Assembly: GCA_050575255.1 (NCBI GenBank)
Contig: JBNZDD010013724.1
Location: forward strand, 9,703,357 to 9,767,356
Reading direction: 5' to 3'
DNA length: 64,000 nt
Source of the DNA: Harriotta raleighana
Lineage: Eukaryota
Part shown: positions 39,308 through 51,055 of the stretch, piece by piece
How the letters are laid out: each line of letters starts with the position of its first letter
How positions within the stretch are numbered: position 1 is the first letter of the stretch
Notes under the pieces: generated by a model
The model's database searches: none
What the model was told of the DNA's origin: nothing
The model's input: only the letters and a program-made list of their open reading frames with translations
Position numbers and translations under genes: made by a program

Positions 39308-40435
39308 TAGTAAAAGCCTGTTTACCTGTGACCCGATCAACTGTAACTTCCATATAACCACCTCAAAAAAAGGCCCCCATTCGAATAACCGGAACTTATC
39401 CGGCACAATCGCAGTGGCGCACTTAATAAGGCAATTGTCGTACAGTACGATTAGTTCTGAATGCTGCTGGTAGTGGCACTTCCTTTTTTCCTCTTAAAGC
39501 GGTACTGTCGGTTTTTCTTCCTCTTCTTCTTTATCTCTCTCTCCCACTCCTTCCTCTCTATCACTCCTGTTTTCTTTCCTTCTCTCTGACGGATTCTACA
39601 TATTGACTGTGTAGCCTGACTATATTGTGGGTTTACACATTGTTTTGGTGGCGGGTAGGGTGGNAAAGCGGTACTGTCGGTTTTTCTTCCTCTTCTTCTT
39701 TATCTCTCTCTCCCTTTTTCTCTCTCCCACTCCTTCCTCTCTATCACTCCTGTTTTCTTTCCTTCTCTCTGACGGATTCTACATATTGACTGTGTAGCCT
39801 GACTATATTGTGGGTTTACACATTGTTTTGGTGGCGGGTAGGGTGGGAGAAGGAAAGAGGCAGGGAGCGAGAAGGTGGGGGGGGGGGGGGGGGGGGGAGG
39901 GAAAAGGGNNNNNNNNNNNNNNNNNNNNNNNNNNNNNNNNNNNNNNNNNNNNNNNNNNNNNNNNNNNNNNNGGAAGAGAAGGAAAGGGGGGGGGGAGAAA
40001 GAGAGAGGAGGGGGAGAGAGAGTTGAGGGAAAGAGGGATGGGGGAGAGAGAGGGGGGATGAGTTGATTAATTTAGATGGAAAATGAGAGGAGTGGAGGGG
40101 GCTTGGGTTTGGAGCCATTGAGATGCCAGACTGACAGTGTGTGTATGAAAGAGAGGAGGGAGAGAAAGAAAAAAGAGGAAAAACCGACAGTACAGCTTTA
40201 AGCCACTAGTGTCCGCCGTTGTAGAAGTTTGCTTTGTGATTGTGTGCTGTGTTTATAGACTGTAATCGATATTTCTTGCTTTATTGGTAAGTAGCCATAT
40301 AATATTCTGTTATTATTTAGTCTATTATTAACATGGTAGTTTTTTTTTGTGTTGGGTTTTTGGTTGAATATCCAGCATGCCGTTTAACTGGTATTGGCCA
40401 GGTCCCAAGGGTGCCGGATAAACGGGTTTTTACTG
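39308..40435 (+). mobile_element. MITE family A, long copy with CT/GA-rich interior and an assembly gap (39909-39971)
   Basis: TA|tAGTAAAAGCCTGTTTA ... GGATAAACGGGTTTTTACTG|TA. Confidence 0.8.
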
Positions 40436-42571
40436 TATTAGTTTTACGAAATAAGAATCAACTATGTTCAAGCCAGGGCTGAAACAGAATGCTAGAAATT
40501 TTGGATAAGTTTCAAATTCCAAAGGCTGGCTGGATATTGTTTTTAACAAAATGCAAACTCATACATAATAGTGGTGAAGCAAAGATTAAAATTATACCAA
40601 CAAACTCTTTACTCCCTCTTCTTTCATTTAATTTCCCCCCTACTTGACTGTACAGCGCCTTGGGACGTCCTCCTGATGTGAAAGGCGCTATATAAATAAC
40701 ATTTTTGATTGATTAATTTTTTAAATGAATATATAATATAATTTCACAACAAAATACTTTCTTTCCTTCTAGAATCCCACCATCCACAAAAGGGACAGAA
40801 TCCCCATTTGAAAAACAGGCCTAAAAACATTTTTTTCCTGCAGATAATTAACTGCCTTGTGTTTAATAACTGACACGCCTCTGCAATAGACTAGACTAGG
40901 TCAACCTTTAACATATTAATACTCAGAATAGAAATGGATGCTGCAGGGCACGTTAGCTTCTCGGTTTTGGCACATTAAGCTGCTTTTTTACTTTTAATCA
41001 AGTTATTTTGCATATCAGTACAAAACTTATTAAAATAATCTACAGGATCAGAATCATTCTTTTCTCTACTCCTACAAAAATATATTTTGTGAATCTCCCC
41101 TAGGCCTCTCCCAAATACTGCAACAAATACTTCTCTGACCTAACCTTAGTGCCACCTTTACTTTATAGATGAATGACAGAGTCTATACTTCTAAGATTAT
41201 CTCTTCATTGTACTGCTACCAAACACTGCAAAGTCACTTACTTGTCTGCCGTGTTAGATGAGAAATAATGGCAGCTTCCATATTTTAATACTCTTCAAAT
41301 ATAGAATATTTCACCCTGATTCTGGCAAACAGATCTAATTGCATTTTGTTTTTGGCTTGACGGAAATGCAACATTTGTGAAGCAATATGCATGGTAGCAT
41401 ACAATAACTTTAACAGCTGAAAAGTTCGATATTAATTGATAGTCTCAATCCTTTCACAAGAACAATACCATAAATATGCTTCATTTAATCACATCTGCAA
41501 AAACTGCACATTAATAAATTATGCATTCTGCCTCAATGTGTTGCTGTTAATTAAGATTACATGCATGCGTGATAGTTTTCCAAATAAATGAATAACAGCA
41601 CACACATAGGAGAACAACATTTTAGGAAATTTCTCATTGAACAAAAACACCTGCAAATAAATATTTTAGAAAATGGTCAACTTAAAAGACAATTTCCTTT
41701 ATTCCTTATTATACTGATCCAAATCTTGGGAAGAACTTACAGCATGCTGTATGAATATCTTTTTATCTACAACAGATCATCAGGGTAATTTATTGAAGGC
41801 AACTGGTTGGTACCCATACTGTGACAATGGTGGACAGTGAAATATGTAAAAGAGAAGAGATGAACTATAAATATTTTCACTTTAAGGTGCAGTATTGAAA
41901 TGTAGCACTCTTATATTACGGTAATCACTATTTGTACTGTACTCATTATGATCTGGATTGGTTACATTGTATGGTCGACAATAGAAAATACTATTATTTT
42001 TAGAATCATTTTAAAAGAATACATACCATCTTTAAATTGAGATTCAAGGCTGATTCAAATATCACAGAAGGTCAAAGCTCTGTGGTCCACAGAGACGTTT
42101 ATCATGTGGAGGACAGCTAATTACAGCAGCTGTTCTTAACCACTGAGCCAGAGTGACTAATGGTCTGTTCTAATCTCCTCAGACATAGGCACTTTACCCG
42201 ATCCATCTGTCAATATCGCACAACTCTCCAATACAAATATCCTAAAGTTATTAGGAACTTGCTATATTCCCTGGGCTAAAACTAATGATTTACTAAGACA
42301 AGAGCACTGTCACTATAAAGCTCTGAAATATATGCTATATTTGATTATAACATGCATCATTTAATAGTTCACCTTGTTACATTCATTCATTCCCTCTAAA
42401 CACACCGTTTGCATGAAACATGAACGAGCATGCAAACTGTAGGTTTAAGTTCTTACTCAAAGTTCCTGTTTCATATCAAAAAAATTCTGTATTCTATCAA
42501 TCTTGTTTCTCTCAGGGTATGTGTGTGGGTTGGAGGAGGCAGAATGATTAACCAATGATGTTATAATACTA

Positions 42572-42976
42572 CAGTAAAAGCTTGGTTATCCGCCATCCAA
42601 CCAACCAGAACTCTCAACCAACTGGTATCTCCCAGTACAATTCACCATTCCAGCAACTGGATCTCATAGCAGAGCCACCCGGGACACTCGCGAGTATGCT
42701 CATTTTGCGCATGTTTGCAAAGCATGCACATTTATTAAACTTAACAAATGCTGAAATTTTTACTTTACTGATTATTTTACTGTGTGCTGGAATGCTTTAT
42801 TGGTAAGTATCCATACAATATTCTGTTATTATTTAGTCTACTATTAATATGGTATGTTTTAAAATAAGTGAATTTTTTGTGTAGGATTTTTGGCAACTTG
42901 CCGCTCGAATATCCGGCATATTTGATTAAACGGCATTGGTCAGGTCCGAGGGAGCTGGATACCCAAGCTTTTACTG
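42572..42976 (+). mobile_element. MITE family A variant
   Basis: TA|CAGTAAAAGCTTGG...CCAAGCTTTTACTG|TA; interior shared with 34056-34444 (gtgtgctggaatgctttattggtaag). Confidence 0.88.
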
Positions 42977-43296
42977 TAGTCAATACTTTCAAATATGGAA
43001 AATAATGGGAGGGCAGAATGGTTGGCATTCTGATAGAGTGAGATCAAATCAGTTGCAAGAGCCTTCTTCATCTGAATATTTCTTGTGAATCATTCTCTTT
43101 AAAACCTTATTTCTTTGCTTCTCAAAAATCTTTCACATCTAAATAACCTGATAGCTCATACAAGTTATAAAAATCAAAATATACAAACAATTTCTGTACA
43201 TCACTCCTGTATCCTGCCCAAGGATTCTCCCTTTATGTATCCATTCAAGGTTGCCTGCTGGATTATGACAGTGAATCAAACCAAAGATCTACTTAC

Positions 43297-43478
43297 CCGT
43301 TTATCTATATCTCCATGCTGTAGCTGAACAAAACGAGCACTGATGGCAGCTATGTAGCTCTGTTGATTAGAAAAGGCAACACGTCCTGCACCTTTTGGGT
43401 ACTTTAGCTCTGGGTCAGTATCTATTCCTGCGTAACATACTCCACCATAAAGTCGATCCATTATCATAGCCAGCTCCA
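43297..43478 (-). CDS. CPEB2: CPEB2 coding exon (VELAMIMDRLYGGVCYAGIDTDPELKYPKGAGRVAF...HGDIDKR), RRM2
   Basis: 182 nt between ttgcAG and GTaagt, phase 1-0. Lies within ORF 43276..43659. Confidence 0.97.
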
Positions 43479-43679
43479 CTGCAAAATAAATGCAAAACCT
43501 TTTAAAATAGTGGACAGTATGAGTACAGTACATTATACTTTGTTGAAATAAAATATAATCCAAACTAATAATAACAATAATCCTTGCATTTGAAAATAAG
43601 AAATCTAATATGAAATCCTTAACATAGTGTGAAAAACTCCTAATTGTAATGGGGAACAAGAAATCAAAAAAGTACAGTA

Positions 43680-44075
43680 CAATACAAAATTAGATTTAAA
43701 TAGTACCTTTCATGTTCAGGAGGATGTCCCAAGGCATGGACAGTCAGGGATTTTGACCTGAGTTGGGGGTTGGAATTGGGCATTAGGATCAGGGAGGGTG
43801 GTGGGCAGGGAGGCTGAAGGTGCGGGCTAAGAGGAAGGTCTTGAAATGTGCCTTGAAGGGAGCAAGGGAGGGAGTGAGGCAAAGGGAATGTCAGATGGAG
43901 TTCCAAAGGGTGGGGGGGGGGCAAAGAAGCTGAAAGCTGGACTGCCAATATAGGCGTGAGTCAGGTGGGGGACGTGGAGCATGCCGGAGCAGACATGTTG
44001 ATATGGTCTTAGCAGGTAATAGAGGTAGGAAGGGAAGGCCATGGAGGACCTTGAAGGCAAGGATGAGGATTTTTA
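43680..44075 (-). mobile_element. L2 3' fragment
   Basis: Reverse complement of KILILAFKVLHG..; tail motif ttcatgttcaggaggatgtcccaagg. Confidence 0.75.
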
Positions 44076-45178
44076 AGTCTTTCTCTAAACCGAAAATAAA
44101 AGGCCAACATATACTGTTAAAGTCACTCAGAATATTTTATTCAATTTACTTTATTATATTATTGCTATTTTTTCTTGGAAAGTCCTCACAATGTGCAAGG
44201 TGCCATACAAATGCAATTTTGTTATTTTATTGCTGCAATTTTTTCTTCATGGCGGTTTCTACTAGCCTAATAATATGAGAAATGTTTACTGTAAACATGG
44301 AATTTTTCTAAATGTGGCATTGTAAAACGGACATACATTTCTTGTGACTCCATACTGCTTCTTAAATGATATACAGGAAGATCTCGATAATCCAGCATGG
44401 TTGGGCCCACTCACCTCCCAGATTTCAGAGTTTGCTGGTATTTAGAACCTACCCTAGTAATGCCTGGGGAAGCTCAGCCCTACACACCATGTGTGCTGTA
44501 AACACAGCACTGAAGCCACAAATGACCAAATGGCAAAGGTGACTTAAACATGGAACAAAATAATAATGCATTAAATTTCACAAATAATCCCATCACATCC
44601 TGTTTTATTTATTTTAAATAAACTGGGATTTAAATAAAACCAATAAATATTATATGCATACTTTAATTTTTCTTTTGTAAAATTCAGTAATGATATTCAA
44701 ACTACCATTCAGTTCTAGTTTAATTTGCTCAATCAGCTGACACATACTAAGCATACCTTCAGGCAGAATTTCACATGAACATTTCTATGTATCTGGAATG
44801 GAATACTCTCTGCCCAGAGAGACACATCTTGCTTACTAATTCTTGAGAGTGGCAGGTAAAGAGTGTGAATTGGGTTGCAGCTAGAGCCTTAAACAGATAA
44901 AATCTATTAGTTCATCATTGAGAGTACTGGCAAGCTTCCCACTGCTTGTCCAGCTAGAGTAACTGTTGGAGTTTTGGCTTCAAGGATAATAGAGGCTGAG
45001 AGGGAAGCATTTCTGACCCAATGACCAGTCTCTGATGAGCTGGTTGGTCATGCTGGCTGCAGGTATGTCATGGTGAATCAAAATGTTACGGATTGTCTGT
45101 GACAAAACAAGAATATTCATTGTACTTTAGCCATCAAGAAGTTGTCCAAAAAACCAGTATTTTACTTTTCCTTCTTAC

Positions 45179-45293
45179 CAGCTCTTAAGGGGCGAGGAAC
45201 ACCACCAACAAAAATAGTTTTACGTGGATCAAGAGGTTGTGAACCATCCATCACAAAGTCGCTGTCACTCAAATTCCATGGGCGGATTTGGAC
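45179..45293 (-). CDS. CPEB2: CPEB2 coding exon (VQIRPWNLSDSDFVMDGSQPLDPRKTIFVGGVPRPLRA), linker and start of RRM2
   Basis: 115 nt between gtccAG and GTaaga, phase 0-1. Lies within ORF 45162..45356. Confidence 0.97.
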
Positions 45294-45364
45294 CTGGACA
45301 AAAAACAAATTCCTTTGATGACAATAGCAGCACAAATAACAAATGACATCCACCAAACCAACTA

Positions 45365-46336
45365 CAGTAAAACCTTGTTTATCCGTGACTCGAATAACCG
45401 GAAAACCCGTTCAACCGCCATCTCAAAAAAAATAGGCCTGATTCGATTAACCGGAAGTTATCCTGCGAATAGTGATGACGTGTTTAATGTCGGGTCCAAA
45501 CTCGTTCCTGCTCCTTTTAAAAGTCGCGAATTTCTTACCTCCTTCGGATGAGTGCTGCCGTTGCGACGTTAAGTATAAATAATAAAATACCATCACTGGT
45601 GTAGAGGGAGGGAGGGGGGGAATGGAGAGATGGAAGAAACGGAGAGAGAGAGGGGGAGGGGAAAGGGAGAGATGGGAGGAAAGGGAGAGAGAGAGGAAGG
45701 GGGGAAAGCATAATGGAGTGAGAGAGAGAGAGAGTGATGCAGACAAATTGGTGCAGAGAGAGGCGGGGGAAATGGAGAGATGGAGGAAACGGAGAGAGAA
45801 AGGGAGAGAGAGGGAGGGGAATGGAGAGATGGAGGAAAGGAAGAGGGGGAGCAATGGAGAGATGGGGGAAAGGGAGAAACAGATGGGGAAAGCATAATGG
45901 AGAGAGAGAGAGTGATGCAGGCAGGTTGTTGCAGAGAGAGAGAGAGGGAGGGAGAGAGAGAGGAGAGGGGAGGGGTGGGTGAGGATTGTGGACTGAATTT
46001 ATACGATGGATTCAGACTGAATATCTTTGAGGATGTGTGTCTGTGTCTGTGTGTGTGTATGCTGGCTGCTAGTTGGGTCTAAACTCGTTGCTGCTCCTTT
46101 TAAAAGGCGCGTTTTGTTTTACCTCCGTCGAATCAGTGCTGCCGTTGCGAAGTTAAGTATCAATAAAATACTAATACAATATTCTGTTATTATTTAGTCT
46201 ATTATTAATATGGTATGTGTTAAAATAATTTTAAATTAAAAAAAAAATATATTTTTAAAATTATTTTTTAAACCAGAAATCTGTTTAACCGCCACTGGCC
46301 AGGTCCCATATGTGCCGGATAAATGAGGTTTTACTG
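45365..46336 (+). mobile_element. MITE family A, long copy with a GA-rich interior
   Basis: TA|CAGTAAAACCTTGTTTATCCG ... CGGATAAATGAGGTTTTACTG|CA. Confidence 0.85.
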
Positions 46337-46479
46337 CATAACATATAAAGTGCTTGCAGTGTTCAATACAAATCCTGGAAAAATCCTCTTTTAATTGCTA
46401 TTATCAATCTCTCCTTATCCACTGGAACTGTTCCTACTCCACTAAAAACAGATGTGATTACCTCCAATGCTTATGTGCA

Positions 46480-46773
46480 CTTTGGCTGCCACGTGTTGCC
46501 CACAAATATACGGTCGTTTTTTCCTGTTCTCCTTCCCCTATCCCAACCCCTCCCCTTGCCATCTTTCTCCCCTTTCTCCCCTAACCCCACTTCCATGACT
46601 GTTTGTGGGATACTGCTGTGCGCAATTTGGCTGCCGCGTTTCGCCCACAAATATACAGTCAATTTTTCCTACTTTCCTTCCCCCGACCTCTCACCCCCTA
46701 CTTGACTGTACAGCGCCTTGGGACATCCTCCCGACGTGAAAGGCGCTATATAAATAAAATTTGGATTGATTGA
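46480..46773 (+). mobile_element. Deu-core SINE fragments with an alternative L2-type tail ending (TTGA)n
   Basis: The core gctgtgcgcaatttggctgccgcg is followed by ccccctacttgactgtacagcgccttgggac, which also occurs at 40635-40712. Confidence 0.65.
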
Positions 46774-46959
46774 TCCTCAAAAAAACCTTCCCTGGAGCCA
46801 TCCCTACTCTTCAGCGACTGCTCCATCTCCAACCACCCATTCCTCATCAAGGCCTAGGAACAAGTTCCAGCTTTGTTCTTTCCTCTCCTGCCATTCTCTC
46901 TTTGAATACTAGTTCTCACACCGTCTCTATTTTGTCGCCACCAACGGCTTCTCCTCCAC

Positions 46960-47600
46960 CCCCCACACCATTACATATGGTGTCTCTGCCCTTCACCCTC
47001 CCCTTTTCCATATCTATATGCTTTCCCGGTGACATCATCCACAGACATGGGGTCAATTTCCACATGTACTCCGATGACATGCAACTTCAGCTCTCTGCCT
47101 CCACAGTCGATTCCAGGACTACTGCCGTCCTCACAAACTCCCTGTTGGACATCAAGTCCTGAATGAGAGCCAACTTCCTTCACAGCTGTTTTTAGGCGAG
47201 TAGGAACAGTTCCAGTGGATAAGGAGATTGATAATATCAATAAAACCGAGGCTCCCCTGCTTGGCTCCCATTAGGACCTGCATACCTCGGATTCTGACAG
47301 CATTTCCCTCCGTGCTAACACACTGCATCTCATGGAGCCAATGCAGAACCTCGATATTCTGTTCGACCCTCAATTGTCCTTCATACCCCACATCCATGCT
47401 ATGACCCACTCTGCCTTTCCGCCACTGTCTCACATTGCAGGCTGCCGAAACCCTCATACATGTATTCATAACATCCAGATTAGACTATGCAAACTCCCTG
47501 CTTGTGGGCCTCCCCATCTCCTCCCTGCATTGGTTGCAGATCATTCAGAACTCCTCTGCCACACCAGGCTCCAAGACCCCATCATCCCCACCCTTGTTGT
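46960..47600 (+). mobile_element. Degraded L2 RT fragment
   Basis: GDIIHRHGVNFHMYSDDMQL; FDPQLSFIPHI; AETLIHVFITSRLDYANSLL. Confidence 0.85.
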
Positions 47601-47683
47601 TGGAATACATTCAATTAATAAAAACGGCTGAGCGATATATAACAATCAAAATATCACATGATTATGACACAATTGCTGTATTA

Positions 47684-47915
47684 CAGTGGAGCCACTTAAT
47701 AACATGTGTGACTGGATTACATACACAGTAAGAGCCAAACGCAATCGTATTATAATCGAATGGCGCAGCACTGTTTTTAAAATGAAACTTTAACTTTGTA
47801 TAGCTAAAGATATATAATAATGCTCAAATGTACTTCTATTTTTTTCTTTGGGATATGAACTTGGTTTCCGCTGGATATCTCCATATAGTGTTTGTATAAT
47901 CGACCTTATAACCTG
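47684..47915. mobile_element. Possible old Tigger-like MITE
   Basis: TA|CAGTGGAGCCACTTAATAAC ... ataacCTG|TA; a similar left end lies near 58882. TIR match is weak. Confidence 0.35.
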
Positions 47916-48681
47916 TAGCTATTGGGCAATCTAAAATATACCATATTCCTGACAAACAACTCCACCACCCAGATACTCATCCGCACAACTCTCTGTACCT
48001 CCATCACTCCAATTCCAATCACTGAATGCACTGATTTCAAGATTCTCTCACACGTTTTGAAATCCCTTCATGCCCTCATACCTCCCTATCTCTCTGACCT
48101 GTTTACCTCCCACTCCCCCACCCAATGCTTCCACTCAGAGGCTCCGGCCTCCTGTTTATCCCTCGTCCCTTCCGCTCCACCATCGGTGGCCGTGCCTTCA
48201 GCCACTATGCCCCAAAACCAGGTATGCCACACCTAACTACTTTATAAACAAATCTGTGCTTTAACCAAGCATGTTAATAGCAAAGCATTTTAAAAGTCAA
48301 TCCTTGCTTAGCATTTATCAGCTAACATATTATGTATATTTCATTTAAAAGGCTTTTTTTGTTGCAAAAGAAATGTACATCACTAGCTGATCCCACAGAA
48401 ACACAGCACTGCTAACAGCCAGGACAAAAACAACACTGTGAGCAGAGATACTCTACATCGCAATTTTCACCAGGATATAATAGCACTCAGAAGCTTTTTG
48501 TTAAATAGGAGGGTAAAGTGCTTCTGCACTATTCTTTAAGGCAGGTTGCCACTGATAAAGAAGAAGTTCTTTCACAAAGAGCTTAAAGAAACATACCAGC
48601 AGGAGAATAAGGTTTTGCTGCATGAATCCATTAGAGATGTTCACTACAACCATGAGGGCATATTTAACGCCATTAATGCAT

Positions 48682-49030
48682 AGTGGAGCTTCTGTAGCTC
48701 AGTGGTTAGAGCACTCGGCTTACAGGTNTCCATTAGAGATGTTCACTACAACCATGAGGGCATATTTAACGCCATTAACGCCATCAGGGCGAAACCTTGG
48801 GCAAGTTTCCTTACTCCACATGCCTAATAATAATCCATCCCCCAAATAATAATAAAAATTGATCATTTGCAATCCACGACTGTTTGTGGGACACTACTGT
48901 GCGCAATTGGCTGCCACATTTTGCCCACAAATATACAGTCAATTCACTTTACAGTATATTCTGTGAAGCACTTTGAGACTTCAATAAGATGTGAAAAGTG
49001 TGATATCAAATGCAAGGATTATTATTATAA
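48682..49030 (+). mobile_element. tRNA-derived SINE broken by an assembly N at 48728
   Basis: Head at 48682-48727; body and tail at 48788-49030. Confidence 0.8.
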
Positions 49031-49239
49031 TTAACACGCAAAGAGTTCTTTTCAATTATAAAGAAAGTAATGAATGCAAGACTATATTTAAAAAATATAA
49101 ACTTAAAATAAAGAATAGGAAAAGAGAAAAATGGGTTTACGGGATAAATACAGATGAATACTTTTATTTTATTTTCAATTAAAAATGTTTTTAGCATTTA
49201 TTTTAGGTTTGGAGTGACAGTTGTTCCTGATGTTGATCT

Positions 49240-51055
49240 TGCTTCCAGCCCCCCAGTTTTGTGTGGTGTTCCTCAGGCCTATCCCCTCTTCTTCAACCTC
49301 TACATGCTCCCCCTAGATGACATCATCTGCAGATATGGGATCAACTTCCACATGTCCGCGGATGACACCCAACTCTATCTCACTGTCTCCACCCTCGAAT
49401 CCAGGACAACTGACTGTCAGACATCAAGTCATGGATGAGAGCTAACTTTCTATAGCTTAATGTCAGTAAGACTGAGGCCTTCCTGATTGGCTTCTGCCAG
49501 TGCCTCAGGCACTTGCAGCATCAGCAAACCCTGACGTCTTGTTCAACCCTCAACCATCCTGAAGTTGATCCATATCCGTGCCATGATCCGCTCTCCCTTA
49601 ATAAAAAATAATAATCATTGCATTTGATACAGGTAAACCCCTGATGTATGACGCTTCTATCTACAGCGTTTTGATTCACACAAACATAATTTTCTAACAC
49701 CTTTTTAATCAATATATGACACTTGGTTTTGTTTGAACGAATAAAATATTTGGTGCCTCTTTTTTGTACATGCGCAGTAGTGTACTTCGCGGTAAAATCG
49801 CAGTTGTATTTGATGTGTCTTTTTGTCCATACCTAGTAGTGTACTCATGCCTAATAGAGTGTATCCAAGCGTTTGAGTGGCCAACTGTCTGTATGTCTCT
49901 CTCTCTCTTTCATTCACTCACTCCTACAACAACTGCAGCACAATTACATTGTATAGACTAACACAGACAGAGACATATAGAGAGAGAGAGAGACGCACAC
50001 ACACATAGACAGAGAGACTGAAGAGAAAGAGGGAATGAAAGGTGCGTTTTGTGTGTTATTTTATGTGTTTTGAGTGCTATTTAGTGGGTTTAAGGTCCGA
50101 AAATTTTGTGAAAAGAATGCATTTCTGGTTATACAATGGGACTCCATGGGAAACCCTGTTTCGATTTACGAAGTTTCGATTTGCATACCATTTTTCAGGA
50201 ACGCAACCCAACGGGATACCTGTACAGGTATGCTTTCCGTGTCTTCTAGATATCTCAAAGTGCTTCACAGAATATAAAATGGCGCTATACAAATGTAATT
50301 TTGCTGTTGTTGAAATGCAGCAGCCAATTGCGCACAGCAGTGTTGCACAAATAGTCGTAGTTTGAAATGACAATTTTTTTTTGAGGGATTATTCTTAGGC
50401 ATGTGAAGTAAGGCAATTTACCTAAAGTTTCGCCTTGCCTGGAATTGAACCCTGATCACTCGCTTGTAAGGCCTTTCCCGACACCTCCACAACACTGCTC
50501 AATTCCGCCATTGCCTCAACCCACAGTAAACCTTCATACATGCATCCGCCACCTCATGGCTCAACTAGAGAAACTTCCTCCTTGTCGGCCTCCCCAATTC
50601 TTCCCTCCACAAGCTGCAGATTATCTAGAACTCTGCAGCTCGTGTCCTCTCCTGCTCCATGACTACATCACATCCACTCTCGTCCGGCTCCAATGGCAGT
50701 GGTTAAGAGTTCAAAATTCTCATCCTCACTTTCAAGGCCCTTCAGAGCTTGGCAGCCACCTGTTTGATATGCTGACCCCCTATCCACTTCCTACATTCAG
50801 CAGATTTTCAGGCTCCCTGGCCCCACCCTTTGGACACCCATCCCACAATCCCTTCGCCTAGATCCCTAGATTACCTCTTCCAAGATACGACTCAAAACCC
50901 TCCTTTGACTGTGCCTTCAGCCGCCCTCCTTGCTCTTTGCCCTCCCTCATCCCAACCCTGCACTCCCTTGCTCGGGGTCCTGATCGCAACTGTTCAGTGC
51001 CTTGGGCTGTCCTCCCAACTTGAAAGGCGTTTTAGAAACAAAATGTTGCTGTTTC
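49240..51055 (+). mobile_element. L2 RT-to-3' fragment with a nested SINE (49600-50470, minus) and a nested DNA transposon (49630-50222)
   Basis: CGVPQ..FNLYMLPLDDIICRYGINFHMSADDTQLY, with the L2 resuming after 50470. The inner element reads TA|CAGGTA..TACCTG|TA. Confidence 0.8.

Noticed and set aside
39497-39850. Apparent ~170-bp tandem duplication
   Set aside because: Centred on the single N at 39664; most likely an assembly overlap or two haplotypes.
45447-46082. E/R/G-rich and S/L/P-rich ORFs
   Set aside because: Low-complexity GA tract inside a MITE.
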